Below the pieces are notes generated by a model. The model saw only the letters and a program-made list of their open reading frames with translations. It made no database searches and was not told the DNA's origin. A stretch of 64,000 bases of DNA from assembly GCA_041690135.1 (NCBI GenBank), contig JAWLHY010000011.1, positions 1-64,000 of the forward strand, given 5' to 3'. Positions 16,526 to 28,511 of the stretch are shown here, piece by piece. The stretch is from Armatimonadota bacterium (GTDB lineage: Bacteria; Armatimonadota; SYMT01). Numbering within the stretch: the stretch's first letter is position 1; each line of letters begins with the position of its first letter. Made by a program: the position numbers and the translations under genes.

Positions 16526-18025
16526 ATGACGGATGGACGGAAGCAGGTGAGTTGGAAGGTGGTGGCGGCTCCCCTGGTGGTGGGCGGGATGGCGCTGGGG
16601 GCGGTGTGGCTCACGGTGTGGGGCAGCGCGCCGCCGGGGAAGCCGGTCTACACGCGGGAGGGGTATGGCGGGATCCGCCCGCCCGCGCCGGCCGGTGGCG
16701 GGCTCGCGGCCGCCGGCAAAGAGGCTGCAAAACCGGCGGTCACCGATCCGGTCGCTCCCGCCCTGGAGGCCTACAACCGCGGCGACTACGCCGCCGCCGA
16801 AGCCGCCGCCCGCACCCTGCTCCAGGAGACCGGCCCGGATACAGAAAAGGCAGGAACCCCCTCCCACCCCTCGGGCCCCGCAACCTCCATGGACCAGAAC
16901 GGTTCGGTTACGCATCACGCATCACGCAATACGAAGTCGGTCCCCAATACGCAATACGCAATACGCAATACGCAAAATGGCCCCACCCGTGCCCGCGCCC
17001 GCTGGGTCCTCGCCTTCAGCGCCGCCCGGAAAAAGGATCTGGCCGAGGCCCAGGAGCAGTTCGCCGCCCTGAAAAAGGAAGCCGCCGGCCAACTCTGGGC
17101 CCTGGACTCAGATCCTGCTCGTGACGCCGGCACTCCTAATCCTAATCCTAATCTTCATCCTAATCCTATAGAGGATCGGCCCGTCAGCCCCACCGGCGAG
17201 CTCCTCCCCACGCTGGAAGAGGAGGCGGCATACCAGCATGCGGTGCTCACCGCGGCCCGGGGGAAGCAGGAGGCGGCCGAGGCGGAGTTCGTGGAGTTCA
17301 TGCGGAAGTACCCGGAGAGCCCGCTGGTCCACGCCGCCGTGCGGCGGATCGGGCGGTTCCACGGGGGCGACATCCCGAAAGCGGCCGAGGCCGTCTGGAA
17401 ACAGGCCATGGCCACCGCCGAAAAGCGCCGACACGCCCGCGACCGCGCCCGCTCCCTCTGCGCCCCCGCCGTCCTCGCCGAAATCCTCCGCCGCACCGGC
17501 CGGAGTGGACAGTCGGCGGCCGGCAGTGAGCAGTCGGCAGTCCAGCAACTCAGCCTCGAAATGAAAACCGACCACCGCGGCACCGCCCTGTCCGCGCTCA
17601 CCCAGGCCGCCGAGAAGCGCGGCTTCAAAGTCTCCGCCTACCGCCTCACCTGGCGCGCCCTCCTCCAGAAGATACCGCTCGCCCGTTCACCCCAACCCAA
17701 GGAAGCCAGGGCGCAGGGTGCAGGGGAGCCGGCTCGCACTACGCAGCCATCCATTACGCAATACGCAATACGCAATACGCCGGCTCGTGCCCCCCAGCCA
17801 GGAGAGGCCCAGGGAGCGCCCTCTGCCTCGCGCCGCTATCGGTTTGTAATTGCTTTCCTCGATCCCGGCCACGTCGTTATCGTGGAGCAGGCCGCCGCGG
17901 GCGTGGTCCGCGTGTGGGACCCGGACGGCGCCGGCCCGCAGCAGCCCGCCCCCCGGAGCTACACCCAGTCCGAATGGCTCGACCGCTGGAAAGGCGTCAC
18001 GCTCATCCTCGAGGATGGTCGCTAA
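16526..18025 (+). CDS. Membrane-anchored TPR protein with a C-terminal C39-like peptidase domain and repeat-derived inserts
   Basis: N-terminal TM; TPR-like AYNRGDYAAA and FMRKYPESPL; SLCAPAVLA, GTALSALTQAAEKRGF, PGHVV, VWDP and RWKG. Confidence 0.78.
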   Translation: MTDGRKQVSWKVVAAPLVVGGMALGAVWLTVWGSAPPGKPVYTREGYGGIRPPAPAGGGLAAAGKEAAKPAVTDPVAPALEAYNRGDYAAAEAAARTLLQETGPDTEKAGTPSHPSGPATSMDQNGSVTHHASRNTKSVPNTQYAIRNTQNGPTRARARWVLAFSAARKKDLAEAQEQFAALKKEAAGQLWALDSDPARDAGTPNPNPNLHPNPIEDRPVSPTGELLPTLEEEAAYQHAVLTAARGKQEAAEAEFVEFMRKYPESPLVHAAVRRIGRFHGGDIPKAAEAVWKQAMATAEKRRHARDRARSLCAPAVLAEILRRTGRSGQSAAGSEQSAVQQLSLEMKTDHRGTALSALTQAAEKRGFKVSAYRLTWRALLQKIPLARSPQPKEARAQGAGEPARTTQPSITQYAIRNTPARAPQPGEAQGAPSASRRYRFVIAFLDPGHVVIVEQAAAGVVRVWDPDGAGPQQPAPRSYTQSEWLDRWKGVTLILEDGR

Positions 18026-18196
18026 CCTTGTCGTCGGCTCCCGTGCCGGAGAACCGATCCGTACTCGTCAGGGTGAATGGTCCTGTAGGGGCATCGGCTC
18101 TGATTGCCCTGTTCTGATGGAGATGAGTGCGTGCAAAACCGTAGCCACCCAGGAAACTGGAGCCAGCCAACTGCCGGCCATGAGCCCAGGGGGGTG

Positions 18197-18456
18197 GTGT
18201 GGGGCGGGCGTCCCACCCGCCAGAGTCGGGGCGAGGAGCGCGGGCGTCTCGCCCGCCCTGTCCATGCAAAACCATGTTCGGGTTGAGAAACTCGCTTCCC
18301 GTACCTATTAGCACCATGGGAGAAGCGCCTCAGGGATCTCTGGCTTGTAGTCCAGCACTTTAGCGCTGTCCGCATTCACCATGCGGGATACAGCACCCGC
18401 AGCCTGGGAACCGTGAACCCTTGGCTTGTAGTGAGGCGCTTTAGCGCTGTCCGCAC
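18197..18456. repeat. REP-like palindromic cluster
   Basis: GCGGGCGTCCCACCCGC and GCGGGCGTCTCGCCCGC hairpins; two copies of TGGCTTGTAGT...CTTTAGCGCTGTCCGCA (about 18341 and 18422), third copy at about 50660. Confidence 0.65.
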
Positions 18457-18889
18457 TGGCGAAAAGGGAGGTGGCACCCGTGCCCTGGGCAACCGTCTAC
18501 CCCCAAAACGGCCTCCGCTCCTCGCGGCGCCGTCGAGAAAACCCTGAGCACAAAGGAAGACCCGGATTGCACCAGAATCTTTCCCCACGGGTGCAAATGA
18601 GTGCAAAAACGTGCAACCCCCCGCTCCCCCAGGCCCGATCGAATCTCCTAACCTCCCCACCTCCACCGCTCGTCCCGAAGACGAGCGACCCCCTTTGACA
18701 ACTTCATCCCGTTACCTTCCGCCCTCGCCCTCGCCTCAGGGTTCGTGATCGTGATCGTGATCGAAAGGTCGCTCGGGGGCCTCCGTGTCACCCTCCCATT
18801 TCGGGATCTGCGTTCCCTCTCGTAGCCCTCTCGTGTCCCTCTGTGTCGAACCCGAACCCCAGAAACTGCGAAACGAACTCCACCCCCGC

Positions 18890-18940
18890 CTCTTATTCCT
18901 ACTCCTACTCCTGATCCTAATCGTAATCCCTATCCTAATC
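18890..18940. repeat. Degenerate 6-mer tandem repeat (ATCCTA/ACTCCT) overlapping the mrpG stop
   Basis: TCTTATTCCTACTCCTACTCCTGATCCTAATCGTAATCCCTATCCTAATC. Confidence 0.75.
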
Positions 18941-19297
18941 GGCCGCGGGCCCCACTGCCCCCTCTCCCTTCACGTCATACTGCCCCCGCAGCTCGTCGCA
19001 GACCGTCCCCTCCCACAGCGGCACGCCGGAGAGGTACGCGGCCCTCCCGATCATGTGCGCGGCGATCGGCGCGGTGAGGCAGATAAAGGCGATGGTGGCC
19101 AGGCTGCGGGCGAACACGCCCAGCTCGGCCCAGTGGACCGCCACCGCCAGCAGGGTACACGCCGCTCCCAGGATGGAGGCCTTGGTGGCCGCCTGCATCC
19201 GCGTGAACAGGTCCGGCAGGCGCGCGATGCCCAGCGCCCCCAGGAGGATGAAGGTCGCCCCAATCAGCATCAGGGCTGCCGTCGCTGCTGCCGCCAT
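18935..19297 (-). CDS. mrpG: Na+/H+ antiporter subunit G
   Basis: GIARLPDLFTRMQAATKASILG and LTAPIAAHMIGRAAY motifs; operon position. Confidence 0.93.
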   Translation of the reverse strand: MAAAATAALMLIGATFILLGALGIARLPDLFTRMQAATKASILGAACTLLAVAVHWAELGVFARSLATIAFICLTAPIAAHMIGRAAYLSGVPLWEGTVCDELRGQYDVKGEGAVGPAAD

Positions 19298-19581
19298 TCG
19301 ATGGCCCCCCTTTCCACGTAGCGCGCGAAGGCGACCGTCGCCAGGAAGGTGATGAGCGCGAGCACGGTGGCGGCGTCCATCAGCACGGCGTTGCCGGTCA
19401 TGATCGAGGAGACGGAGATGAAGCCGACCGCGATCGCCGTCATCAGCTCCAGGGCGACCACGCGGTCCGGCAGGGTTGGCCCGCGCACCAGGCGGGCAAA
19501 GCTCAACAGCAGCGCCGCCCCCAGCAGGGTCAGCGCCACGTTCGCGGTGGTCTCCACCAGGGCGTTCGGCGGCTCATTCAT
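19270..19581 (-). CDS. mrpF: Na+/H+ antiporter subunit F
   Basis: RLVRGPTLPDRVVALE and FLATVAFARY motifs. Confidence 0.93.
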   Translation of the reverse strand: MNEPPNALVETTANVALTLLGAALLLSFARLVRGPTLPDRVVALELMTAIAVGFISVSSIMTGNAVLMDAATVLALITFLATVAFARYVERGAIEWRQQRRQP

Positions 19582-20045
19582 CGCAACAGCTCCAACACGC
19601 GCTCTTCGTAGTCATACTTGATCTCCTGGCGCACGGCATCCGGGTCCTCCACGTACATCGCGTGCAGGTACAGCACTCCCCGGTCGCTGGAAACGTCGAG
19701 CGCCAGCGTGCCCGGGGTGAGGGAGATGAGGTTGGCCAGCAGCGTGATCTCCGCATCGGTCTCCACGTCCAGCGGGATCGCCACGATGCCGGGGCGCATG
19801 TGGTGTTGTGGAGTTAGCACGTCGTAGGCGACCCGCAGGTTGGCCAGGACCAGTTTCCAGAGGTAGAAGCCGAGAAAGCTCGCGAACAGGCGCAGTTTGT
19901 GGAAGTAGGGCGAGGGCGGGAGCGCCCGGCGGGTGATCCAGAGCAGGAGGAACCCGAGCACGTAGCCGGCGACCAGGTTTGCGAGGGTCACCTGCCCCAG
20001 GAGAGCCGCCCAGGCCAGGGCCAGCAGCAGGTTCCAGAGGATCAT
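19578..20045 (-). CDS. mrpE: Na+/H+ antiporter subunit E
   Basis: PGIVAIPL and [12 protein letters not shown] motifs. Confidence 0.93.
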   Translation of the reverse strand: MILWNLLLALAWAALLGQVTLANLVAGYVLGFLLLWITRRALPPSPYFHKLRLFASFLGFYLWKLVLANLRVAYDVLTPQHHMRPGIVAIPLDVETDAEITLLANLISLTPGTLALDVSSDRGVLYLHAMYVEDPDAVRQEIKYDYEERVLELLR

Positions 20046-21583
20046 GGTGCCCCTCCCTCTCCCAGCACGGCCCGCACGTACGCCGCGGGGTCCAGCAACT
20101 GCGCGGCCGCCCCGCCGGCGACCTGGAGCACCGGTTCCGCGGCGAGGCCGAGCAGCAGACCAACCACCGTCAGGGCCGCCGTCGGCGCGACCAGCAGCGC
20201 CATGGACCGGCGGCCGGCGCTTTCCGGCCGGACCGCCGGGGGGTCGCCTCCGGGCGGGGGCGGACCGTCCTCCGCGGGGCGCGGCTTCCAGAACGCCTCG
20301 TTCCAGATCTTCAGCATGGAGTAGAGCGTGAGGATACTCACGCCCAGGGCCGCGGCGACCATCCCGAACTGGGCGGACTCCAGGGCCGCTCGCACTAGCG
20401 CCAACTTGGCGAAGAACCCCGAGAGGGGCGGGATGCCCGCCAGCGAGAGGGCCGGCAGCAGGAAAAGCACGGCAATCCCGGGACGTTCGCGGTACAGGTT
20501 TCCGAGCTTCTTCAGGTCATAGTCGCCGCCGAAGCGGTGGATCACGCCGCAGAGCAGGAACAGGGTCGATTTCGCCAGGATCACGTGGGCCAGGAAGTAG
20601 GCGGTTCCCGCGAGGGCCAGCGGCGTGAACAGCCCCAGGCCCATCAGCAGGTAGCCGATCTGGCTCACGATGTGGAACGAGAGCAGGCGGCGGATGTCGT
20701 ACTGCGCCACGGCGCCCAACACGCCGGTGATCATCGTCAGCGCGCCCAGCACCAGCAGCGCGGTATGGGTGTAGCCGACGTCCCGCACGAAAACCAGCGT
20801 GAAGAGCCGGATCAGCGAGTACACCCCCATCTTGGTCAGCAGCGCGGCGAACAGCGCCGTTACGGCGACGGGTGGGGTGTGGTAGGAAGCGGGCAGCCAG
20901 AAGAACAGCGGGAAGGCGGCGGCCTTGATCCCGAACGCCACCACGAACACCATCGCCAGCACGGAGGCCAGGCCCGGTGGGATCATCTCGTCCAAGCGCG
21001 TCGCCAGGTGCGCCATGTTGAGCGACCCGGTGAAGCCGTAGAGGATCCCCGCCGCGCCGAGGAAGAGGACCGACGACACCAGGTTGAGGGTGACGTACTT
21101 GATGGCCCCCTCTAACTGGCCGCGGTCGCCCCCCAGCGCCATCAGCACGAACGAGGCGATGAGCAGCACCTCGAACCAGACGTACAGGTTGAACACGTCT
21201 CCCGTGAGGAAGCCGCCGCTCACCCCCGCGAGCAGCATGCTGACGAAGGGGTAGTAGCCGAACCGGCGGCGGTCCGCATCGATCCCCTCACCCGAGTAAA
21301 CGGCCACCGCCAGGCCCATGATCCCGGTCAGCAGCACCATCCCGGCGCCGAGCAGGTCCGCGACCAGCGTGATGCCGTAGGGAGCGGTCCAGCCTCCGAC
21401 CTGCACGGCCACCGGCGCCCCTCGCTCCAGGACCGCCGCCAGCAGGCTCGCGGCGGCGATCAACAGGCCCCCGGACCCCACCACACCCAGCCCCTGCTGG
21501 GCCGCCGGCCGCCGCCACAGGAGTACCTGGACGCAGGCGACCCCCAGCGGGATCAGGATCGGCAGCATCAGCAGCAGGCTCAC
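20042..21583 (-). CDS. mrpD: Na+/H+ antiporter subunit D
   Basis: [28 protein letters not shown] and [11 protein letters not shown] motifs. Confidence 0.95.
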   Translation of the reverse strand: MSLLLMLPILIPLGVACVQVLLWRRPAAQQGLGVVGSGGLLIAAASLLAAVLERGAPVAVQVGGWTAPYGITLVADLLGAGMVLLTGIMGLAVAVYSGEGIDADRRRFGYYPFVSMLLAGVSGGFLTGDVFNLYVWFEVLLIASFVLMALGGDRGQLEGAIKYVTLNLVSSVLFLGAAGILYGFTGSLNMAHLATRLDEMIPPGLASVLAMVFVVAFGIKAAAFPLFFWLPASYHTPPVAVTALFAALLTKMGVYSLIRLFTLVFVRDVGYTHTALLVLGALTMITGVLGAVAQYDIRRLLSFHIVSQIGYLLMGLGLFTPLALAGTAYFLAHVILAKSTLFLLCGVIHRFGGDYDLKKLGNLYRERPGIAVLFLLPALSLAGIPPLSGFFAKLALVRAALESAQFGMVAAALGVSILTLYSMLKIWNEAFWKPRPAEDGPPPPGGDPPAVRPESAGRRSMALLVAPTAALTVVGLLLGLAAEPVLQVAGGAAAQLLDPAAYVRAVLGEGGAP

Positions 21584-21927
21584 GCGTCCGTACTCCGCAT
21601 CGCGTGCAGGTCGTCCGTGCCCACCGCCTGGAAAGCGCGATAGGCCAGCACGGTGGCAAACGCGATCACCCCGAACCCGATGACGATGGCGGTGAGGATG
21701 AGCGCCTGGGGCAACGGGTCCGCGAACGGCTGCGGGGGCTCGGTGGCCTCCGCCGCGATCAGGGGCGGCGTTCCGCGCACCAGCCCCGCGGAGGCGAAGA
21801 TCAGGAGGTTCGCCGCGTGCCCCAGCAGCACCAGCCCGATGATGACCTTCACCAGGTTGCGGCGCAGCATCAGGTAGAACCCCGCCGCAAACAGGCCTCC
21901 GGTCACGACAGCCAGTGCGAACTCCAT
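21580..21927 (-). CDS. mrpC: Na+/H+ antiporter subunit C
   Basis: [17 protein letters not shown] motif; start MEFALAV. Confidence 0.93.
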   Translation of the reverse strand: MEFALAVVTGGLFAAGFYLMLRRNLVKVIIGLVLLGHAANLLIFASAGLVRGTPPLIAAEATEPPQPFADPLPQALILTAIVIGFGVIAFATVLAYRAFQAVGTDDLHAMRSTDA

Positions 21928-21953
21928 CTCGCGATCCTCTCCGGCCCGCGCGG

Positions 21954-22367
21954 CTACTCTTCCGCCAGCGCGAGGATAATCGTCAGCGTCATTCCGAGCA
22001 CCGCCAGGTACACCCCCACGTCGAACAGGAGCGGCGTGCCCACGTCCACACGGGTGCCTCCCGCCAGCTCCAGGTAGGTCCACTGCCCCGTCAGGAACGG
22101 CTGCCCTCGCAGCACCGCCGGAAGGCCGCTCCCCAGGGCGGTGAGGAGCCCCGCGCCGATCAGCGAGCGCGGGTCCACCCGCAGGAGCTCGCGCGCCGCG
22201 CCCGGGTCGAACGCGATGCTGTACAGGGCGAAGGCGCCCGCCGCCACCAGGCCCCCGGCAAAGCCGCCCCCCGGATGGTTGTGGCCCCGCAGCAGCAGGA
22301 ACACGGAGAACAACAGCAGCAGTGCGATCAGGTAGCGCGTGGCCGTCCGCAGGATCAGCGAGGGCAT
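21954..22367 (-). CDS. mrpB: Na+/H+ antiporter subunit B
   Basis: [15 protein letters not shown] and [10 protein letters not shown] motifs. Confidence 0.93.
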   Translation of the reverse strand: MPSLILRTATRYLIALLLLFSVFLLLRGHNHPGGGFAGGLVAAGAFALYSIAFDPGAARELLRVDPRSLIGAGLLTALGSGLPAVLRGQPFLTGQWTYLELAGGTRVDVGTPLLFDVGVYLAVLGMTLTIILALAEE

Positions 22368-24682
22368 GCCTCTTCCGTCCTTTCTTCCCCCGGCACTTCC
22401 TTCCCCGGCTCTTCCTTCCGCAGTTTCAGGAGGGCATAAACCCCCAGGGCGGCCGCAGCCAGCACCGTGATCTCGCCCAGGGTGTCCAGGCTGCGGAAAT
22501 CAACCAGGATCACGTTGACCACGTTCCGGCCGTGCGCGGCCAGGGATTCCCGCGCGTAGAACTCCCGGGAACCCGGGTGCGTGGGAATTCCGATCGCCAG
22601 CAGCACCAGCGCCGTCATGAGGCATCCTACCGTTCCGGCCACCAGCGCGTCCCGCAGCCGGGACCCGGGGGATGAGCGGCGCATCAGCGGCGGCATCCGG
22701 TAGAACACCAGCACGAGGAAGATCACCGTCAGCGTCTCGATCAGGAACTGCGTCATCGCCAGGTCGGGGGCGCCGAACAGGATGAAGATCAGCGCGATGG
22801 CGTACCCCACCACCCCTAGCGCCACAATCGCGGTCAGGCGCGAACGGGTCATAACGGCGGTCAGGGCGGCGGCGAGGATGAGGAAGCAGAGGATTCCCTC
22901 GTGCAGGCGGAGGTCGAGCTGGCCGGTGGTCCAGGGCGGCAGGCTGCGGGTCACCAGCGGGTAACCCACCAGGATCACCACCGTCCCCAGCGTCATCATC
23001 AGGTAGGTGCGCAGGTAGCCGTTCTGCAGCAGGCGCGTTACCGCGGAGGCGCTCCGCAGCAGCACCGCCACTGCCGCCCGGTAGCCGGCCGCCGGTCCCC
23101 ACCGGGCTAGGGGCTCCCCGTGGGAGAGGGCCCGCCGCAGCTGCTCCCACGCCAGGAAGAATGCCAGGCCGAAGAGGAGCGAGGCGGCACTCAGGGCGAG
23201 CGCGGGGTTGAAGCCATGCCACAGCGCCAGGTAGACCGGTGCCGGTTGGCCCAGGACCGCTCCCGCCGCCGGCGCAATGATCCCCTCCCCAAGCGGTCCC
23301 GGAGCGAGCCCCAACACGACTCCCAGGAGCGCCAGTAGCAGGGGGCCGAGCCACAAGGCGCGGGGCGGGTCATGGGCGGCTCGCGGGGGTTCCCGAAAGG
23401 GGCCGAAGAACGGCCGGTAGCCGACGAGGAGCGCCACCGTGGCGAACAGTCCCCCGGCGAGCACGGCCGCCGCGATCAGCAGCGTGCGGGCCTGCGGGGC
23501 GGCGAGGAGCGCCTCCAGGAAGAGCTCCTTTCCAATGAAGCTCAGCAGCGGTCCAAGCCCTGCCAGCGAGAGGGCTGCCGTCACCGCCACCCCCGTGGTG
23601 AGCGGCATGGCCCGCCGCAGCCCGCCCAGGCGCTCCACGTCCCGGGTGCCGGTCTCGTGGTCCAGGATGCCCGCGGTCATGAACAGCGCCGCCTTGTAGA
23701 GCGCGTGCGCCGTCAGGAAGACCAGAAACCCGGTCACCGCGTAGCGCGTGCCCAGCCCCAGCAGCAGCGTCAGCGTGCCCAGGGCGCTCACGGTCGAGTA
23801 GGCCAGCAGGCGCTTCAGGTCGGTCTGGAGCAGCGCCAGCACGCCTCCCACCACCATGGTTACGGCCCCCACCGTGCCCAGCGCCGCCATCCACGGCTCC
23901 GTGCCGCCCAGCACCGGGTGGAGACGCGCCAGCAGGTAGAGGCCCGCCTTCACCATCGTGGCGGAGTGAAGGTAGGCGCTCACCGGGGTCGGCGCCTCCA
24001 TGGCGCCCGGCAGCCAGAAGTGGAACGGGAACTGCGCCGACTTCGTAAAAGCGCCGAGCAGGATGAGCGCCAGGACGGCCGGGTAGTGCGGATGGGCTCG
24101 CACGGTCTCCCCCTGCGCCAGCACCGTGCCCAGGTCGAACGACCCGGCGATTAGCCCCAGCAGCACCAGCCCGGCCAGCAGCGCCAGCCCGCCCGCTCCG
24201 GTCACCAGCAGCGCCTGGAGCGCGGCGTCCCGTGCCTCTTCCCGCTCGTGATCGAACCCGATCAGCAGGAACGAGCTGATGCTCGTCAACTCCCAGAAGA
24301 CGAACAGGAGCAGCAGGTTGCCCGCCGTTACCAGGCCCAGCATGGAGGCCATGAAGAAGAGGAGAAATCCGCAGAACCGGCCGAGCCGCGGGTCCCCCTC
24401 CAGATAGCCCCCGCTGTAGATCAGGATCAGCGCGCCGACTCCGGTGATCAGCAGCGCGAACAGCAGGGAGAGGCCGTCGAGGTGGAACGTCAGGTCCAGG
24501 TCGAGGCTGGGCACCCAGGAAAGGCGCGGACGGAGAATGCGACCGGCGGCGCTGCCCGGAACCAGGACGCCGAACCCCACGGCCAGGAGCGCGCACAGGA
24601 CTGCGCCTGCCGCACTTAGGCCGGACCGCCGGGAGACGGTCCGCGCTTCCGCGGAGGGCGAGGGCGTACTGGTTTGGGGCAT
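22355..24682 (-). CDS. mrpA: Na+/H+ antiporter subunit A
   Basis: [50 protein letters not shown] and [19 protein letters not shown] motifs. Confidence 0.95.
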   Translation of the reverse strand: MPQTSTPSPSAEARTVSRRSGLSAAGAVLCALLAVGFGVLVPGSAAGRILRPRLSWVPSLDLDLTFHLDGLSLLFALLITGVGALILIYSGGYLEGDPRLGRFCGFLLFFMASMLGLVTAGNLLLLFVFWELTSISSFLLIGFDHEREEARDAALQALLVTGAGGLALLAGLVLLGLIAGSFDLGTVLAQGETVRAHPHYPAVLALILLGAFTKSAQFPFHFWLPGAMEAPTPVSAYLHSATMVKAGLYLLARLHPVLGGTEPWMAALGTVGAVTMVVGGVLALLQTDLKRLLAYSTVSALGTLTLLLGLGTRYAVTGFLVFLTAHALYKAALFMTAGILDHETGTRDVERLGGLRRAMPLTTGVAVTAALSLAGLGPLLSFIGKELFLEALLAAPQARTLLIAAAVLAGGLFATVALLVGYRPFFGPFREPPRAAHDPPRALWLGPLLLALLGVVLGLAPGPLGEGIIAPAAGAVLGQPAPVYLALWHGFNPALALSAASLLFGLAFFLAWEQLRRALSHGEPLARWGPAAGYRAAVAVLLRSASAVTRLLQNGYLRTYLMMTLGTVVILVGYPLVTRSLPPWTTGQLDLRLHEGILCFLILAAALTAVMTRSRLTAIVALGVVGYAIALIFILFGAPDLAMTQFLIETLTVIFLVLVFYRMPPLMRRSSPGSRLRDALVAGTVGCLMTALVLLAIGIPTHPGSREFYARESLAAHGRNVVNVILVDFRSLDTLGEITVLAAAALGVYALLKLRKEEPGKEVPGEERTEEACPR

Positions 24683-24827
24683 CAGGGTAACCGGCTGTGG
24701 CGCCCGCGAAACCTGGCATTACGGGCAAGGCCATCCCCTTGTGCCCGCACCCGCCGCCTGCCCAAACGGTTTTCCCTACCCAGGGGACGGTATGCCCGCC
24801 CGGCACCGAACCCAACCTGGCCCGAGA

Positions 24828-24880
24828 AGGGAGGCCCAACCCCGCCCCGGCTGGTAGCATCGCGGCTTTAACCCGCGCCC
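24828..24880 (-). ncRNA. Candidate Na+-sensing riboswitch (DUF1646/Na+-I-like) in the mrp leader
   Basis: Minus strand reads GGGTTAAAGCCGCGATGCTACCAGCCGGGGCGGGGTTGGGC; GGTTAAA...ACCAG...GGTTGGGC resembles my recollection of the motif; about 150 nt upstream of mrpA. Confidence 0.45.
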
Positions 24881-25081
24881 CCCTCGCGTACTAGGCCCCA
24901 GGATCCCATTCTGGATCCCGAACCCCACCGGGTCCGGGAGGGGAGTCCGGACGCCAGTCCGGGGTTCGGAACCGGCGGTCGCAAGGGGAACCGGACTTCA
25001 TCCGGACTCCCACCCCGCCCTGAGTAAGTGTGCCAATCCACAGGCGATTACCACGGAACGGGGACTTGTCCCGCGTGCCTC

Positions 25082-26625
25082 TCATCGGGTAAGAAACCAG
25101 GCCACCACCCCGCCGAGGGCGGCGTAGAGGGCACATGGTCCCAGTGTCCGCCGCAGCACCTCCCCTTCCGTTCCCGCCAGCCCAACCGTCGCGCCGCCGG
25201 CGATGATGTTGTGGGGGCAAATGATGTTCCCGACCGCCGCGCCGAAGCCCTGGGCTCCGATCAGGGGCAGCACCGGCAGCCCCAGGCTTGTGGCGGTCGT
25301 CTGTTGGAACTCCGTAAACAGGATGTTCGAGGTCGTGGCCGAGCCGGTCACAAAGGTCCCCAGGACACCGATGCAGGGAGCCAGCAGCGGCCACGCCATG
25401 CCCGTGGAAGCGGCCGCCAGGGCCAGTGTCTCGATCAGGCCCGCGTGGACCATCACTCGCGAAAGGCCCAGCATCGCCAGCAGCGCCGCCGTAACCGGCA
25501 CCAACTGCCGGGCCGCCGCCCACATCGCCCCCCGCAGTTCGGCCGGGTCCGACCGCTGCAGCACGGCTCCGCCGAGGAGCCCCGCCAGGAGCATGGTTCC
25601 CGGGTGATAGAGGGGGCGCACCTCTCCCCCGAAGACGCCGGACCAGTTCCACCGCCACTCCAGGCGATACAGGTACTCCTGCCATGGCGGGACCAGCCGG
25701 GTGAGCAGGACGAGCGCGATCAAGATCAGGTAGGGCGCTCCGGCCTTCAGCAGTGACGGGGAACCTCCGGGGGCTTCCGTGTGCTCTCCAGGGGCAGCGG
25801 TCCCTTCGCGCGACCGAGTGATCCGGAGCGTGCCGACGAACAGCAGCGCGCCGACCGCCGCCCCGCCCAGCGTGGGAAGCTCGGGCCCCACCCACCAGCA
25901 GAATGCGAAGTAGGGGACGAAGAAGGTGAACGCGGCCAGGAGACTCCGCGTTCTTATCCTGCCGGGCGGCCGCTCGGCAGCCGGGGAGCCTTCGGTAAGT
26001 CGCACCAGAATCAGCAGGAGTACCCATCCCAGCAGGCTGTGGTACAGTCCCGTCGCCCGGGCGATCTCCTGTCCGGAGAAAGGCGTGGCGGACATCTGCG
26101 GGAGCACGGGGGTGCCCACGGCTCCGAACGACACGCCCGCCGCATGCCCGACCAGGGCGAGGGTTACGGCATGCAGGGGCGAGAATCCGGCTCCCACCAG
26201 GAGCGGGGCTGCCAGGGCCACCGGCGCTCCGAAGCCCGCCGCCCCCTCCATGAAGAGCGCGAAGAACCAGGCGAGCAGGATTGCGGCGATCCGCGGGTCG
26301 GCGGAGAGCCCGCGGATCGCGTGTCGCAGCGACTCCACGGCGCCGCTGTGGGTCTGGTGATGGTGGAGGCAAAGGGCTGGAAAGATGATCCAGAGGATGC
26401 TGGCGGTGGTGAAGCCGGCCTCCGCCAGCGCTCCCGCCGTGCCGGTCACCGCGCCGAGCGCGGCGTAGCTGCCGGGCTGGGTGCCCACGCCGAGCGCCGC
26501 CAGCAAGATCGCCGTGCCGAGCCCGGCCAGCCCGGCGCGTGCTGCCCGCCAGCGGAACCGGAGCATAAGCACCAGGATGAGCAGGATCGGCAGGGCGGCG
26601 CCGAGTACCCGGAAGCCACTCTCCA

Positions 26626-26629
<4 letters not shown>
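25082..26629 (-). CDS. lctP: L-lactate permease
   Basis: [37 protein letters not shown] and [10 protein letters not shown] motifs. Confidence 0.9.
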
Positions 26630-27624
<995 letters not shown>

Positions 27625-27824
27625 GATGCTGTGGGATCCTCCGTCGTCTCGTCCTCAGGGTTCCCCGTTTGGCGGCGGAGACTCACCCTTTCCTGCCTCT
27701 TGCTTGCCGGTTTAGTTCGCGGAGATTCCGGGGACGGTAGCTTCGAAGGTGAATGAAGCGCGGACGACAACGCTCCCTGCATTGCCGGGAGGCTGTTTGC
27801 AATGAAAGACGAAAGGAGGCAGCG

Positions 27825-28376
27825 ATGCCTGAAATAGATATCCAACGACGCGAGGGGATGAACGTTCCGTTGTGGGCGTGGCTGGTAGGGGCCGCCCTGC
27901 TGGCTCTGTTGATCTGGTGGATCGTGGCCGCGGCCACTCCCGACCGCCAGGCCGGTGTGCCGGCGCCGCAGGAACAGGTGGCGGGCGAGCGCCAGGAACA
28001 ACGGGATACCATCATTGGCGGACCGCAGCAACTGCCGCTGGCGGCCATCCAGCAGGACCCCGCGCAGTACCATGGTGACACGGTTTCCGGCGTGGTGACT
28101 GTCGCCGAGGTGGTCTCCGACCGTGGCTTCTGGGTGGAGCAGAACGGTAACCGGTTGTTCGTACTGGACGGCCAGACGGTTCCCGGAGCGCGGGATCTGC
28201 AGGCGGGTGACCGGATCCAGCTCGAAGGGCCGGTGTACCGCACGGGTGAGCAGGGTTTCCGCATGCCGCAGGTAGAGGGCATGGATGAGCAGACGGCCCG
28301 CACGTTGAGCGACCAGCAGGTCTTCATGCACGCCACCAGCATCCAGACCGTCAATCAGCCGACTCAGGGCCAATAG
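27825..28376 (+). CDS. Hypothetical single-TM protein with an OB-fold-like extracellular part
   Basis: RBS AAAGGAGG; MPEIDIQRR...WAWLVGAALLALLIWW; EVVSDRGFWVE. Confidence 0.75.
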   Translation: MPEIDIQRREGMNVPLWAWLVGAALLALLIWWIVAAATPDRQAGVPAPQEQVAGERQEQRDTIIGGPQQLPLAAIQQDPAQYHGDTVSGVVTVAEVVSDRGFWVEQNGNRLFVLDGQTVPGARDLQAGDRIQLEGPVYRTGEQGFRMPQVEGMDEQTARTLSDQQVFMHATSIQTVNQPTQGQ

Positions 28377-28426
28377 GCCCCAGATCGGAGCGGACTTTCG
28401 GTCTGGTGTGAGGCGGCTTCTGACAA

Positions 28427-28463
28427 GCAACAGCCCCGGGGAGCAATCCCCAGGGCTGTTGCT
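28427..28463. terminator. Hairpin between convergent genes (possible bidirectional terminator)
   Basis: AGCAACAGCCCCGGGGA GCAA TCCCCAGGGCTGTTGCT. Confidence 0.55.
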
Positions 28464-28511
28464 CAATCCGTCTGCCGGCGCTGGTCAGCCGGACGGGTTA
28501 CCCGATCGCGA

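Noticed and set aside
14698-16614. 638-aa minus-strand ORF and similar long antisense ORFs (e.g. 42028-43590, 44087-45433, 54025-55350, 62412-63782)
   Set aside because: Shadow ORFs opposite well-supported genes, expected in high-GC DNA
18785-19321. ORF with an apparent TM segment LLFLLLLLILIVIPILI
   Set aside because: The hydrophobic run is the translation of the hexamer repeat, and the ORF is antisense to mrpG/mrpF
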